A stretch of DNA of 64,000 nucleotides, from NCBI GenBank assembly GCA_046563655.1, contig CM102285.1, positions 7,936,001 to 8,000,000 on the forward strand. Reading direction: 5' to 3'. The translations under genes were made by a program, and so were the position numbers. This document shows, one piece after another, positions 23,401 through 36,851 of the stretch; the stretch's first letter is position 1, and each line of letters begins with the position of its first letter. This DNA comes from Yuukianura sp. NJ FZ-2021 (taxonomy: Eukaryota). The notes below the pieces were generated by a model that saw nothing but the letters and a program-made list of their open reading frames with translations, ran no database searches and had not been told where the DNA came from.

Positions 23401-23854
23401 GGGAATTCACGTGTGACACTTGAAAACACAATTTAACATGTAAAAACAACTTTTAACTCCACACGAAGTGAGAAAAGTAAGTTTGATTTGACCTTTGTCT
23501 TTTTCGAATTTTTTTTGAGATAGTCAACTTTCAATAGCTATAGGGAGTACAATTGTTGACAGTCGGTGGCAGTCGGATGGGCTTTTGAACATCATGTCCT
23601 ATAGAATGGTTTGGTATTGTGATCTTTCATGAAAGTCTTAAATCTTTACAAACATTCCTTATGATAGAAAGTTACTATACCCGTAATGTAATTTTCAAAG
23701 TTCCCCGTCCCCTCCTGAACCCAAACATTTATGAATCATCTTGCCCTTTTCCACAAAAATGCCTTCGCATATGACCATTGTCTTAGGCATAAAACGAAAC
23801 TAAAACAGGAACATTAGTTTTGGCGTCGCAACCCCTATAACATAAACCAATGTG
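20492..23854 (-). mobile_element. Complete Transib DNA transposon, 3363 bp
   Basis: Imperfect 39-bp TIRs beginning CACATTGGTTTATG, GC-rich 5-bp TSD CGGCG (20487-20491 and 23855-23859), and a RAG1-core-like transposase. Confidence 0.96.
20856..23208 (-). CDS. Transib (RAG1-like) transposase, 4 exons
   Basis: GRP..F..KS.RSK motif, WGFDGSSG (D), IDGK (D), CPIC, SPLHAWIR, GSTNDGNTARR, WYPMPSSVHK/ILIHG and EEASE (E). Introns at about 22873-22941, 21476-21546 and 21247-21311. Confidence 0.92.
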
Positions 23855-26800
23855 CGGCGGTGTACTTGAGGCGTTCCCTGGTAATACTGAGATTCAATAG
23901 TTTTTCGTCATGCAGCTCGGCGACACATAAGCCACAATGAAATAGTCCAACTTCGGTTATGGGATCCGTCAGTAAATCTTGGGGAAAATACCCTGAAAAT
24001 CATAACTCTTTTACGACATTACTGGAATATTGTAAGTTTCTATCAAAAACGCACGAGTTTCTGCTTTGGGCAGTCTTAGAGTGTCATAGTTTCCATTAGC
24101 ATCAGTCCAACGGCTGCGCACATAACCCTCTCCTTCGTCATTCAGGGTAGTCTCGAACTTGTCAATTGCGGTTGAGTTAGCCATTTTGTTGCACTCCATG
24201 ATCCATCCGCTATAAAAGTTAAAAATCATTTAGGAATGGAGTTAAATAAAACTATCGCTTCTCCAAATTAAGGCACTCAGAACAAGTATACCCGGTCACA
24301 TAAAAGCGGCGACACGTCAAACTAGAATTTAATATCTCGCATCTGATATCAAAAGTACAATGGCCATCAAGCAACTGCAATAGGATATATTCTCTTTACA
24401 ACATATTATTTTTCTTACTGCGACGCTTTGGTCTTTATCCCTTTTCAACTTACCAATTGTTTGAGTCGCGGGTCCTCTAAATACTCAATAAGTGTTTCAT
24501 TGGCTTCACTCATAAGCCCTTCACCGATGGGAATTAACTTCTTACAATTCGCGATTTGATTATCGGCATATTGAGCAATGGGATCCACCATACCCTACAA
24601 AATAACGAACTAGAGATTTTAAGACTAGAGGATTCCATTTTTTTCCGGTAGAATTTTTTTTTAAAGTAACTCGACTTGGTTAGTAAGGTTAGCATTGGAT
24701 AAATCAGCCCCAACACTGAGATATAGTCAATGGCAGGGTTCCACGAACTCGACCGGACAAGCGAAAATCTGCATCTTTAAGGCGATTGCTTGAAAGCACT
24801 ACTCAGCGATTCTAACGCGCTCAATCAGAACATCGTTCAATAACCACTAAAGAATACCAGTTGGGATTATAGCAATAATTACACCTTCGGCGTTTAGAAA
24901 ACTTACATTGAAACAATCAATGATGTCGAAACGGTTCCGTTTCTCCTCCGTCTTCGGGAACTTCTCGCTGAACCAATGGCACAGTAAATTCAAGAAGAAG
25001 TAGAGCTCGGAGTTGGAGACGATGGCGGCTTTGAAAAAGCTTATGACGTTCGGATCCCGGAACTACAAAATAACATACATTACTCCCAACACTCATGTAA
25101 TTCGACCAGGGCTACTATTTGAAGACATACTGTAATTCTCCAGTTTTCTGCAGTGAACGTTGTTTTTAATTTGTTGAAAAAAGTTTGTCCAAGCTCGACA
25201 GTCAGCCCTTGTAAACGCCAGTCGCTTAAAAACGGCATATAATCCCAGGGGGTGTTTCCACGCTTTAACTTCAGTCGATCGTGTTGCCATGTATCCACTA
25301 CGTTGTCGATGGTGCCTTGTAGTTCTTTCAAGGCCAATCGGTGGGCACGGATATCATGGGTTGAGCGGGATGGGCCAGCTTGGGTGGACTCGTGGACGTT
25401 CGATGTCTCATTAACTGTCGGGTACTGTTTTCTTTGGGCTTTGGTGGAACATTAGGGCCCTTCACTTGGAACGGGAGAGCTCGACAGAACCTCGACAGTC
25501 TCGGGAACTGGAGACAAGGCAACACTGGCGGGAGAGTTCGGCGTCGAAGAGGAAAGTAGATTAGTAACGGGGGCATTTTCCGTTTCCTCGTCGGAACTCG
25601 AGTAGATACGAAGCGCCTTCCGCTTCCGTCCACGCTGAGTTCCCGTGGTAGGTTTGTTTGAGATCGGAAGGACTGTTGTCTTTGTTCGTGTGGAACGTTT
25701 TGACTGACGCGGAGTAGATCGTCTCGAAGTGCCCCTTTTAGATCTCAAACTGCCAACCAACATGCGGGAAATCGATGGACGGTGACTCGAGGACAGAGGA
25801 GTAAACGTGTGAATCGCAATGTCCGTAGTGGGGGACACTTCGGGGATTAGAGGCTCTGCCGTTTGTACTATAGTATCGGTAGCGCCTTCGAGGACAACAG
25901 CATTTATAGTAGCAAACTCCGTGACGGATACAGGATGATCATATGAATTAACGGAGGCGTAGTAAGGTGACACGGGATCGGGGGACACAATATTGTCACA
26001 TATTTCATTTAAAGTTATTTGGACGGTATTTTCCAGAGCATCATTCGTTTCAGAGGCACTTAGCAGTAGGTGCGCATTCGACGTGTCAGAGGCGCTTAAT
26101 AGTATGTTGTCGTTGGGGGATTCATTGTTAACATCCGGAGTGACGGGCTCGCAGAGGGGATTGTAGGTAAAAGTCATTAACTCTGGAAATTCATTCCTAA
26201 AGTCGGTATTTCTGTTGTTACTTTTCTGACTTGAAGTTCCGGGTAAGTTAGCGTCCTCTGCTTCCGGGCTGGTAGCCACATAACCAACAAACACGTCTCT
26301 GGAATTGCAATCCTCCATCGCCGTGTTCATAGGGGGAACACTTTCACTGAGCTCTTGGGGATTCATTTGGGCTGTCCACTAAAAGAATTTTTTTTCATAC
26401 AAGTGACTAATTACGTACCGTCGTGCGAATCACGCTGTAAAAGGCTTTTGTATAACTTGTACAGTTGGTAATAGGTAGCTTGTACTTTCACTTGCACTTT
26501 AGATTAGTAACTACCACTTGCACACAGTGGCGACATTGTGTGTTGCAGGGGTTAAGGCTACTTTCACTTTACGCACAGGAACACTTGAATTTGCTAAATC
26601 TGATAATTGGATGGATGAAATTAGCTAAAATTCAGAACTACAGAACATACCCCTTAGCACTCTACTGTGAATTTAGGACCTTATACCCTCCTACACTCTA
26701 CTTATGAGTTTTTTCAAATTTTGGAAAATTTAAATTTTCGCGCCATTTCAACTGGTCGGATTTTCTGTTAAAAATGTACCCTACTTATTGTCCTGACCTC

Positions 26801-29800
26801 TGTGACCTACCTATTGACCTTTCTAGAAGAATTAAGGGCTGAATGGAAGGATCTCAGAAGAACCTCCATTGAAACGGGGTGAATCTTCGAATCTTAAAGT
26901 ATCCAGAAAACCTTTGCTCTAATGAAAACTATTGGCAATTCTCTCAAAATTACCAATAGCCGAGGCCCCCTGGCCTCTGCGGGTCTAACACCCGCTCACC
27001 CCTCGCGACCTGATACTTTGACCCTTCCGGGCCCTTAAGCCTATCCTAACTGTCTGAGATCAAAAGATGTGGAGGAGCCGGAATCAGCGGGCCTATTTGT
27101 GGCTATGTGACACCACCTTTGACCTTTGGTGGCACCTAACCCGATCGGTCCTACGCATTGACCTAGCTTCCCATCTTAATGAAATAAATGTGACTGGCCC
27201 TAGCTATTAAGTCAATGGAAAGAATAGCTGTTCAATTACCTCTTCTGCTACAGAAGAATCCTTAAAGGCTGAAATCCGGTGTGGACTATATAGAGGATGA
27301 AGCCAACAGCAACAGCAGAATAATAGTTTGTAGAATTTATTTTTCCCAAGAAAAGACGAAGTGACCTTCACCGTTATAATAGTTTCTGGAAGAAATCTTA
27401 ACTTGAAAATGACTTTACATAGTCTCTAACAAGAAAGCTAATTTATGATTGACTTTTAAGAAGTTTGGAAAGAAAGCTAACCTAAGACTGACTTGTTCCT
27501 AACAGATCTTCCACTAGTATTTATAACCTAGATCTTGACCCACGCTATCCTCAAGGTTTGACCGCCCTTGGCAACACCCTTGGGATTCAAGTCTGATCAG
27601 ACGTTAATGACCAGGATTTATGATCAAATTCAGTCATTAATGTCTGATATCAGACAAAGTTGCGATCGTATGCAAATTGATAACTTGTTAATTTATATTA
27701 CTAAATTTATTACTAAAAAAAAGTGTTCAACAAGTGTAGAACTTGTTGAGCAAGTTACTTTGTTACTTCAGCCTTTTTCCTATCTGTAAGTTACAAAGAT
27801 CATTTCCCATAAATCTTTGCAAAAAGTGACTTTATCAATTTGCATACTCGTCTTCTAATCTCTAATTTTGGGATTAATTAAACATTAACGTTGGTCTGAT
27901 TTTGACTCATCCCGAAATTCACGGAATTCGGGATAATTCAAAATCCGACGTTACAATGTGCAACTCTTGCAACTCGTATAAAACTAACCTTGCCGATCCA
28001 GTAAACGCCATGACCTATAATTTGACGCCATGACCAGTGTAGACATTGTTTTTGGTTGGTGACACCACCGGAGTACAATGGGGTCAACAGGGGTCACAAA
28101 TCCCTTGAGTAAATTAATATTATAGTAAAATCGAGGGGTTCCGCGCTACCTCGTGAGAATTTGAGAAGTAATGAGAAAAAAACTACTCGAGTGAAGGAAC
28201 TGCTGACAGAACTGAGGGATGGTCATAAATGAGCTAACCAATTTTGAGCTCATTTCCTTAGGCTTGAGCCTTTTTTCTAAGTTTATTTAAAGGCAGGAGA
28301 GAAAATATGAACAAATGGAAAAATGCTTGCACTAAATTATTTACAAGTTAAATTCCCCGCCATTCACTGCTTTCAAAGTGATTTCTATTGTTTTCAACCT
28401 TTCCAAAGCAGGAAATATTCAAAACGTGACAATTAAATTTAGATTGGTGGTTTGATTCCGAGGAGTTGCGTAAATGTTGCATTGTCGTCAATGTTCCTGT
28501 CCCAGAATGAATTTGTCGGAGGGTGGACATGAGATGCTGTGCGTCGGCAAAGGTACAAATTGCCAAGGACAATTACAATGCTAAACCCAGCATCATCCAG
28601 ATTTTGCTGTCGGAGGTCGACGACTTTTTCGGGTATGTCAAGGGGCAACTGCTTCCAATGATTGATGATGGAATACGGACAGGAGACTTGGTGTTGAAGG
28701 CGTATCGTGGAGAAGTAATTCCGAAACCAACATTTGCGGGTCTCTGGGATGGCGGACTGTACATGGCGGATTCTGTACGGCTGCGTCTGTGCACAATTCA
28801 CTTGGTCGGGCGCTGCTACCAGTTTTATTTGAATAATCCAGTGTCGGGGTCAATGTACCCGGGATAATTTGGTACGTCATAACATGGCTACATCCACTGG
28901 TTTCTTGGTTGCCATTAATTTAGATTTTTGATTCTAGGGTACAAGATTGTGTTGAGTCGTCAGGAACTAGAGGCGCTCATCAAGATTCTAGGGGAGATCA
29001 AGGCCAAATGTCCCTGTTTCGATGTAGATTGACAGGCCATTGACTCAACAGTGTACGATGTTGAAACCATCTGAAATCTGTTACTTTACGTTGAACTGGA
29101 AATAAACTTTCCACATTTTTTTTAATAAAAACTTAAATATAAAACCGAATTTGAGTTGTTTGACATCCCGGTATCGAGACGTTCGAGAGAGATGAGTTGA
29201 GTAGCGGAGCTCTAACTTTTCAGTCGACGGGCGGGCTGGTGGACGCACGCTGATGGTGACACCCACGGTATCGAGACGCTGGAGAGAGGAGATTGACCTA
29301 ATGTGGTAAGCCACGATGGTCGCTAGATGATCCACCTTCGTAGTGGAGAGAGATGGTGATGGTGATGAGACTGGAACTTGTCGTCACCCCGACATGAATT
29401 TGGCCTAGACTGGCTGCCAGGGCTTGGAATTTTAAGAATGTGATTTCTTAAAATAAGAATGTTGTGGACTGGAGGTGTCAAGGACTGAGCAGAGGAACAT
29501 GAAGTTCGAGAGAGGTGATGGTAACTTCCGTCGTTGTGAATTCGACGACTGGTCACATGGGTGACATGATGTAAAGTTACCTCTGAGTAATGGTGAAGTG
29601 TGAAGATGAAGAGTGGTTTGGAGTGGCGGTCGATTTCCCACTGATGGACGACGAGGTCAAGGGTCAAATCAGCTGCTCCAACGTCCACTTTCACACCATG
29701 AGATGGTTACTGAGAACTGGTCACTTTGTCACTGGTGGAGAGGCGAGGGAGTAACTTTTGATTATTCGGAAAATTATGTTCATTTAGAAATGAACTTTTA

Positions 29801-32800
29801 GGAAATAAATTCGGACAAAAACCAAGATGGAAAATCCGAATAAATCAGGGCTTTTAACTTTTAGTTTAATTAACAGGACGTTAATTAGTAGTAAACAAAA
29901 TTAGCTAATTAAGGAGGTCGATAGGTCAGGAAACTAGAAAGAGGCATGGCACCGTACAGTTCTAGTTCCAAAACGACTCTGACGAAACAAGAAGAGACAG
30001 AAAGACAGAGCCTTAACTAACTGCGTAGTTAAGAATTGGGTGATGCAATTTTAGAGAGCGGCTTTGCGCATGACACAAAGCGGGAAATTTAAACCAAAAA
30101 CAGGGTCTAAAATTAAGAGTAAATTTAACCAAAAGAGGGGGTTACAAATCTAGAAAATACAAGAATTGACAGCGTGAATTCTGTAAACATACTTTTTTTT
30201 TCTATGAGTAATGAATTCCCTCGTTATGTGTTTTTTTTGCTACATTTGCTTGGTTTATAAAACTGTGCACACTATCTAGTGAAAAACTCACAGTTTGGAT
30301 TGCACTGTCCTCACATCGGATGTGTCAAACCATTACACGCGGCTTCATAATTCTGTCTACATAGAACCCTGATGTGTACGCTTGTCCATCTCCCCCGCTG
30401 CATTCTAGTGTGATTTGTGCAGTTATTGCGTTGGTGCCGTTGTGCCTCCTTCTCTTTGTTTGCAGACTTGAATCGGCTTCGCAATTGGGGAAGCGCGCCA
30501 TGGCTAGTAGTAACTTCATCCGAAAGAAAAAGCTCCATGTTCAAAGTTTCCAGAAGTGTCCAAATCCTCATTCTCCGTTTGGGGTTGTGCCTGGCAGTCA
30601 TTTTTGTGTTTCGGAGTAGGGTGGTCATGTTTAAAAGATTCAAATTCGTAGGTGTATGTGTAGATCAAAATCGTCCTTTCCAAGGGGGAATGCATCAGTT
30701 TTTGCGAGAGGATTTTCCTTGGTCTGAATTTCACGCGATGATGATGGTGAATCCATGTTTTGTCCATTCCCGCCCACAGGAGACCATATTATTTTATTTG
30801 CCTAAAATGTTAGCAAAAATTAGGTTCGCCTGAAGTTAATTCAAGAAAATAATACCGAAAAAAACAATAATAAATTAACTGTATTGACAAGCCATGCGTT
30901 GTTGTCTTTGGACTAACCTGGTGCGGAGGTTTGCCATGAAAAGTCTCAGGCAAAAGCCACGAAAAGAAAACTTGTTATTCATTGAAACGATGTTGTCATT
31001 CATTTTGTTCATCGTGGCAAGGAATATGTCCGTCCATCAAACTCGCCCATTTTCAACGATGTTGTTGAAGGTGATTCTTCGTTTTTTGATTTCCGTTTCC
31101 CGCCGCAAGTGTTTGGGACGTCAGTTGAGGTCATGAGGAGCCATCGGTTGAGTAAGTTCTAAGGGTGCCAGTGTCTCTGACCTCAATACAACATACGTAT
31201 AGACGTTCGAATCTGCATTTACTATGTGAACTTACTTATATAAAGTAGATCAGCGGTGCAACAAGGCTCATATATTTTGCCAATGAATCTCCTTCATTCC
31301 TAATTATTAATTTTTTAAACTAACCCTGCACAAAGTGTGTAGCTGGTCCAAAATCCAGTAAAAGGTGCTCATCAAATCCATCGTATTGGTATTCCAGTTT
31401 ATGGGTAGACGTAATATACTTCTGTACAGTTACGTCCTCCCAATAGGTAGTGCTGTTGGTTGACTTTTTCAAGTATTCCGCAGCTCCTTTGGCCTATATC
31501 ACAAAACATTTTTTGTACGCCCAAATCTCCTCAACATTATTTTATACTTTTGAATATATAGTTCTTATAGTCGTTAAAAAGGATTCATTACCTCAACTAA
31601 ACCTGATCTTACAGATAAAAGCATACAGGCATCCAATCCGTAAACGAACTGTGTGTCCTCAAACCCGTAAACACGTGTGTGTTGAACTCGTTTGGTTTTG
31701 GCGTTTTTTATCTATTTAATTTTTTAGTATCCAGTGGTTTCTTGAAAATCGTAGTAGCTTCGAACTGTTGAGTGTTTACATTGTACCGGGTTCCTATTGA
31801 AACAACCCTCCCAAGAGATTCCATGTGGATAATATGAGCAACAGCAAATGGCCCAACGCAGAAAAGAATATGCACCCATGTAATCCACTAGCAAGGCATG
31901 ACGAAACTGATTTGGCGGAATTCGCGTATATTTGATTCATGGAATGTTATTCAGTTGAACACCGTACTGCTTAGAATTCGTTTAGTGTTCTGCATTGTAT
32001 TTTCATTGATTCCCTGACAACTCTTACAGTTACAAATCTTACAAAAACAGGCCTGAAAAATATATTCAACCTAAAACCTAAACATAGAAAATAATTAATA
32101 TAAATATTTTTTACATCTCTGATAGTGTAAGATTTGTAACTGTAAGATTTGTAACTGTAAGATCTATCGCCTCACCATTTTCATTTATACTATAACTATA
32201 CCACAACTGTATATTCCAGTTTCACTTTACTTCATATACATTTAATGTATTAACAATTTAATTAGAAATAATGTACATAAGAAATTAGAACTATCGTATT
32301 TTGTAAACTGCAAAACGTTTAAAAGATGTGTATTAGGTTTTGCCAGTGTTGTTTTGTCATACGAAATTATTCAATTATCTGTAAAGGCTCCAAACGATTT
32401 CCAACGGAATAGTTTTTTTTTAATATATATTTGACTGCTTTTATAATTTTTTGTTCATTTATTAATATAAACATCCAAATAATGTAATAATAACTAATTA
32501 ATGTTAAAAGAATGTCAACTGAATTAAAATATAGGGCTTGGGTGCGTTGTGGTGTTTTGCAACTTATTTCTCAAGAAACCCCCCATACTTCTTATATAAG
32601 AAGTGAGATAAGGAAATGGACGAGCCACAGGTATGCTCGTGAGTTACAGCCGAATTTTGACCCAAGCCTTACAAAGCTGTTTTGCGCTGAAATTTCTTCC
32701 ATCTCAGTTCAGTAGTAGTTTTCTGCCGATCCCTGTCTTATTTATCGTTTTCCGCTATTTTATCTTATGTGCATTTACACTGGGTTTTTATTTTAAAAAT

Positions 32801-33670
32801 CGTTCGGTTTAAAAACAATGGTTTAAATAAATGACTTAAACCATACACGCCCTGATATTAAGGTTGTATGATATTAATTGGTATTGGATTATAGGTTAAC
32901 TATTGGGATTACCTAGTATATGGGAAACTTAAATCTTACAGATTCTGTATTTTATTTCTTCAAATTGTTCGACTTAATTGTAATCGGTTGGTAATAGAAA
33001 ACAGTAATAAAGCGAGAATAAGTAGCGATTTGCACTTTTAGACGTAAACCGTGTTTATTTTTTGGTTTCAAGATACCAGTTGTAGTTTATAATTTTTTAT
33101 TAAAAACATCCAAGCTTTCGGACTAGAACTCTCTCCTTCTTCGGCGAAAAACTTAGAAAAATTTAAGAAAAACTGGAGTGAAAAATTTTTGAGTAAAAAA
33201 AATTCAAGGAGTTATTGGTTGACGGAAAACGTTTTTATTATGACTATAAAGCCATTACGCAAAACGCAAGTTCATTGTTAAAAAAAAAAACTACATACTC
33301 TAGTTAATTTAATTAGGTTATGAGACGCGACAGCTCCAGGAGCGGGAAGCACTAATGCAATTCAAACTTTATTTTGAGCGGTTTCTCTTTTGTCTTTTCT
33401 ATTTGTTAGGAGACCCAACCAAGTTTTCGTTCACTCACTCTCACTCAAACTAGGTTGGGACGAATTCCCTCTCTCTCACCTCCAATGCAGAGGAGATAGG
33501 AAAAAAGAAGAATCTTCTTTTTTGAGCGGGGGCATTTGTAGCAAAACGCGAAGTATGATGGACATTATATTGATGCATGTTCTTTAATGTAATTTCTCAT
33601 CGAGTGGCACAAACTTTACAGCGATTATTAATTAGTTGCACTAACCCGTACTGCCCCACTTTCTCAAAGA

Positions 33671-34131
33671 TTTTCTAACTCCAGAAAGTTTTCAAACTAC
33701 ACAGTTGGTGCTTTTAGACAACCTTTAAAATGACCTCTACAAAAGTTGTTAAGCTCGATTGGAGGATTATTTTTTGTAATTTGACCTATGAACCTGTGAC
33801 CGTTATTAGGGGTCATAGGTCAATTTGAAGGTCAAACCAAAAAAGAAACTTTTCATATTTTTTAACGAATTCACCAGTAATACGTCTAAACGAACAAGTT
33901 GTATTCTAGAAGAATGATTTTCTGACCTTTTCGGGTCACGGAGATCATCGGGATCATGAAAACGATCGTTTAAGCAACAAGTATGGAAAAAAATTCTTTT
34001 TCGTTTTACCTTCAAAGTCACAGGACAAAAAATAATGTTCTCATCGAGCTGAAGAACTTTCGTAGAGGTCATTTTAAAGGTTGTCTGATTGCATAAACTC
34101 TATACTTTGAAAAATTTTCGGACGTTAGAAA
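33671..34131. repeat. Degenerate foldback/MITE-like element with ~105-bp imperfect inverted arms
   Basis: AGACAACCTTTAAAATGACCTCTAC (near 33716) is reverse-complemented near 34061-34086, with flanking similarity extending on both sides. Confidence 0.7.
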
Positions 34132-34164
34132 ATTAGTGCACAAATTTTATTTGCCCAAAGAGTA

Positions 34165-34366
34165 GAGGGTAGGATAGTATATTCGGCCTATATATTGTTA
34201 GCCCTCCGAAAAACGGTACGTCAGTTTTTGTCGTTTTATTGATGTTTTTGCTGTTGAAATTTTGTCGCTAGTTTGTTATCTGACATTTTCTAGGTTTGCC
34301 ATATCTGAGGGACTCTTTTTTCGGAGGGCTAAAACTAAATTGGCCACAAAGTACGATCCTACCCTC
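34165..34366. mobile_element. MITE-like element with ~55-bp imperfect TIRs, flanked by TA
   Basis: GAGGGTAGGAT...TAGCCCTCCGAAAAA pairs with TTTTTCGGAGGGCTA...ATCCTACCCTC, with TA on both sides. Confidence 0.65.
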
Positions 34367-34655
34367 TACTCCAAAAATCACAGCGAGAAAGTCGTGAGTT
34401 GCGATGGTTCATGTGGGGTTGAGATGGGAGGAAAAGTGAAGGGAAGTCGGACGGAGTACTTTTCTATTCTGCCTGTTCTGTTCGTCCAGGTCTCAGTCAA
34501 TCCCAGTTCCCAGCTCAACCAAGCTCCAATTTTCAAGATCAAAGCAAAATAAAATACGACCACTATTTTATCGTTATCACTTTGGATTCGCAGACACTTA
34601 ACGACTAACGGTATTGAGTGACAGCTTATATTACTTTGCTGAATTCTAGGAAATC

Positions 34656-36851
34656 ATGGAGGGCAACTTTTTCGACATCATACCCAGTTACTACGCCAGG
34701 ATTTTTCCTGCTCATCTCATTCATCAATGGCTATCTTATGAACACGGTAATTATAAACCAAAATTTCAATAGTTAACCATATCATATCCAGATTTAGAAT
34801 TTTGATTTGAATTTCAAGAACAAATTAAGTTAAAATGGTCCAGGAATGATGGAGGGAAATTATTATACAGTGTCAGTGTCTTTAAATACATTTTTCTTCC
34901 CAAAGGCTTACTGTGGGGTTGTAGCTCAGTGGTAGAGCGCTCGCTTCGCATGTGAGATGTCGTGAGTTCAACCCTCACCAACTCCAAAGTCGTGGTTGAT
35001 TTTTTTTATTGCTGCTTATTTGTACCTTTATTGTTTTTTATTTTGCGGTTTGAAATATTTAGGCACTTTTTAAGCATGGGGCATTTGTACTAATTATAAA
35101 TGGAAAGCTCTATGATAATGATAATTTGTATTTTTTGATTCCACAGACGATGATGACTGCGAAAAGGCAATTTTCGCGCACCGGGAGTTTTCGTTTGTTC
35201 TTCCCGGGGACATGTACATTCGCTACCAATCTTTTGAAAATGAAGCAGAATTAGCTAGGAAACTACAAAATAGGACGCCAGAGAAAATCGACATTGGAGC
35301 TGTCTATAATTCATGTCCAAAGACAAGTAAAGGCAATCCGGAGTTTCAACCAGTTCAAAAAGAGTAAATAATTTACTCTTATTAATTCACTTTATTGGTT
35401 AACCAACGTTCTCTGCTTTTTGGCTGTCGAAATCAACAGATAAAAATTCAATTTTATCTAGATTCGTTCTGGATATCGACTTGACTGACTACGATGACAT
35501 CCGTACTTGTTGCAGTAAAGCCGATGTTTGTCCAAAATGTTGGAAGTTTATGGTGGTAGCGGTGGAGATTTTGGATGTGGCTTTGAGGAGTAAGTGACAA
35601 ATGATCAAGTTTTAACCCACCGTAACTGTGTACTATCACTTATTTTGTTTGTGTATATTTTTCTAAAGTCATTATTTTGCAGAGGATTTTGGCTTCAAGC
35701 ACCTTCTCTGGGTCTTCAGTGGACGTCGTGGAATTCACTGCTGGGTTTGCGATCAACACGCTCGCTTCCTTGACACTTCTGCGCGTTCCGCCATTATCGA
35801 ATACCTTAGTGTGCGTGAGAATAACGATATTCAACAAAAATTTCGTATTACTCATTACTCTACTCACCCGATTGGTTTACTTTATAGGTGGTCCATGGAG
35901 GCGAAAACCAAGCCAAGAAGGTTACCCTCACCGACCATATCCATCCTTCTCTTCAGTATGTTTAACATGATATGAATCATTTCTTTATTTACCAAACAGA
36001 AACGAGAAATAATTTTCTGTATTTATTTCGATCCTCAGGCGAGCCTTGAATATCATAGACAAATACTTTGAAACGATTTGTATTGAAGAGCAAAAGGTTT
36101 TCGACGATGTCAAGAACCTAGGAATGTTACCGCCAGAGCTAAAGCCTAAAGTGTTGCGGGAAGAGGGAAGCCAAAAAAGGTGGGATGCCATTCAACGTTG
36201 GGTTGCGGACATGGTAGGTAACCAACCGTTTAAGAATTGCTTCAAATCGATCTCTATGATAAGGCTGTATTCTTTCTAACACTATAGCATCATGACAAAA
36301 ATATTAGAAGCTGGAAGGTGTCGAAAATTATGGAGGAACTGAAGTTGCAGTTTTGCTATCCAAGACTCGACGTCAACGTTTCAATTGGGCTGAATCACTT
36401 GCTCAAAGCTCCATTCTGTGTCCATCCCAAAACCGGCCGCATTTGTGTTCCGTTCGATCCGAAGAAAATTCGAGACTTTGATATTTCTAAAGTACCAACA
36501 GTACAGTGAGTGTTCACTCGTATTTGTTGCTTTTTTTGAGTCTGAGTTATGAACCAATGCTTGAAATTCTTATTTTTGTTGATTTTTAGTAAAGTGATGG
36601 GTGAAATCAATGCCTTCGTCGCTTCGAACAGTGAGTCAGTGGACATTCCGGATTGGGAAAAAACATCAGTCAAACCTTACATGAAAGTCTTCACTGCTTT
36701 CGTCAATGACTTCAAACGCAGTTCTCTAAAAAGTAATGGAAAGGTTTCGAACGGCGACGGTGAGTTAACGCTTTTCTAATTTATACTTTTTGAGTTGGGT
36801 TGGACTAATATTACCTAAGATGCAGAATCATATGACACGGAATTCGAGTAG
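34656..36851 (+). CDS. PRIM1: DNA primase small (catalytic) subunit, multi-exon
   Basis: Exons encode [57 protein letters not shown] and [31 protein letters not shown], separated by GT-AG introns. Confidence 0.95.
34915..34986 (+). tRNA. tRNA-Ala (CGC), inside PRIM1 intron 1
   Basis: Cloverleaf with GGGGTTG/CAACTCC acceptor stem (G3:U70), D arm GCTC-AGTGGTA-GAGC, anticodon loop TTCGCAT and T arm GTGAG-TTCAACC-CTCAC. A T-run terminator follows near 35000. Confidence 0.93.

Larger units (their letters stand above)
19482..26366 (+). mobile_element. Element C: 5' portion of a divergent relative of element B (LTR, PBS, antisense spliced gene; gag-pol-env absent)
   Basis: LTR 19482-19864 (TGTGAGG...CCCCACA). 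PBS TGGTCCTATTCGAACCGGAT at 19869-19888 is identical to that of element B. The homologous antisense gene follows. Confidence 0.85.
19954..26366 (-). pseudogene. Antisense multi-exon gene of element C (homolog of 53347-56122), disrupted
   Basis: Peptides shared with the element B gene: GLTVELG.TFF..LK.TF, SFFKA, LCHW, DIIDCFN, GEGY.R.RWTD..GN.DTLRLPK, DQRCGC, AGCN.CN.CG.NMK and CLKRNIYLTP. It has an in-frame TAG (AE*CF versus AEWCF), frameshifts and a Transib insertion. Confidence 0.88.

Noticed and set aside
20492..23854. ProtoRAG/RAG1-RAG2 transposon
   Set aside because: The 3.4 kb between the TIRs holds only the transposase. There is no RAG2-like ORF and no RING domain, so this is a plain Transib.
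28348..29801. Overlapping 60-120 aa ORFs on both strands
   Set aside because: No recognisable domain or consistent exon chain, so support is insufficient.
30311..31900. Possible minus-strand gene or transposase remnant
   Set aside because: Coding-like composition, but multiple stops and frameshifts and no motif I can name with confidence.
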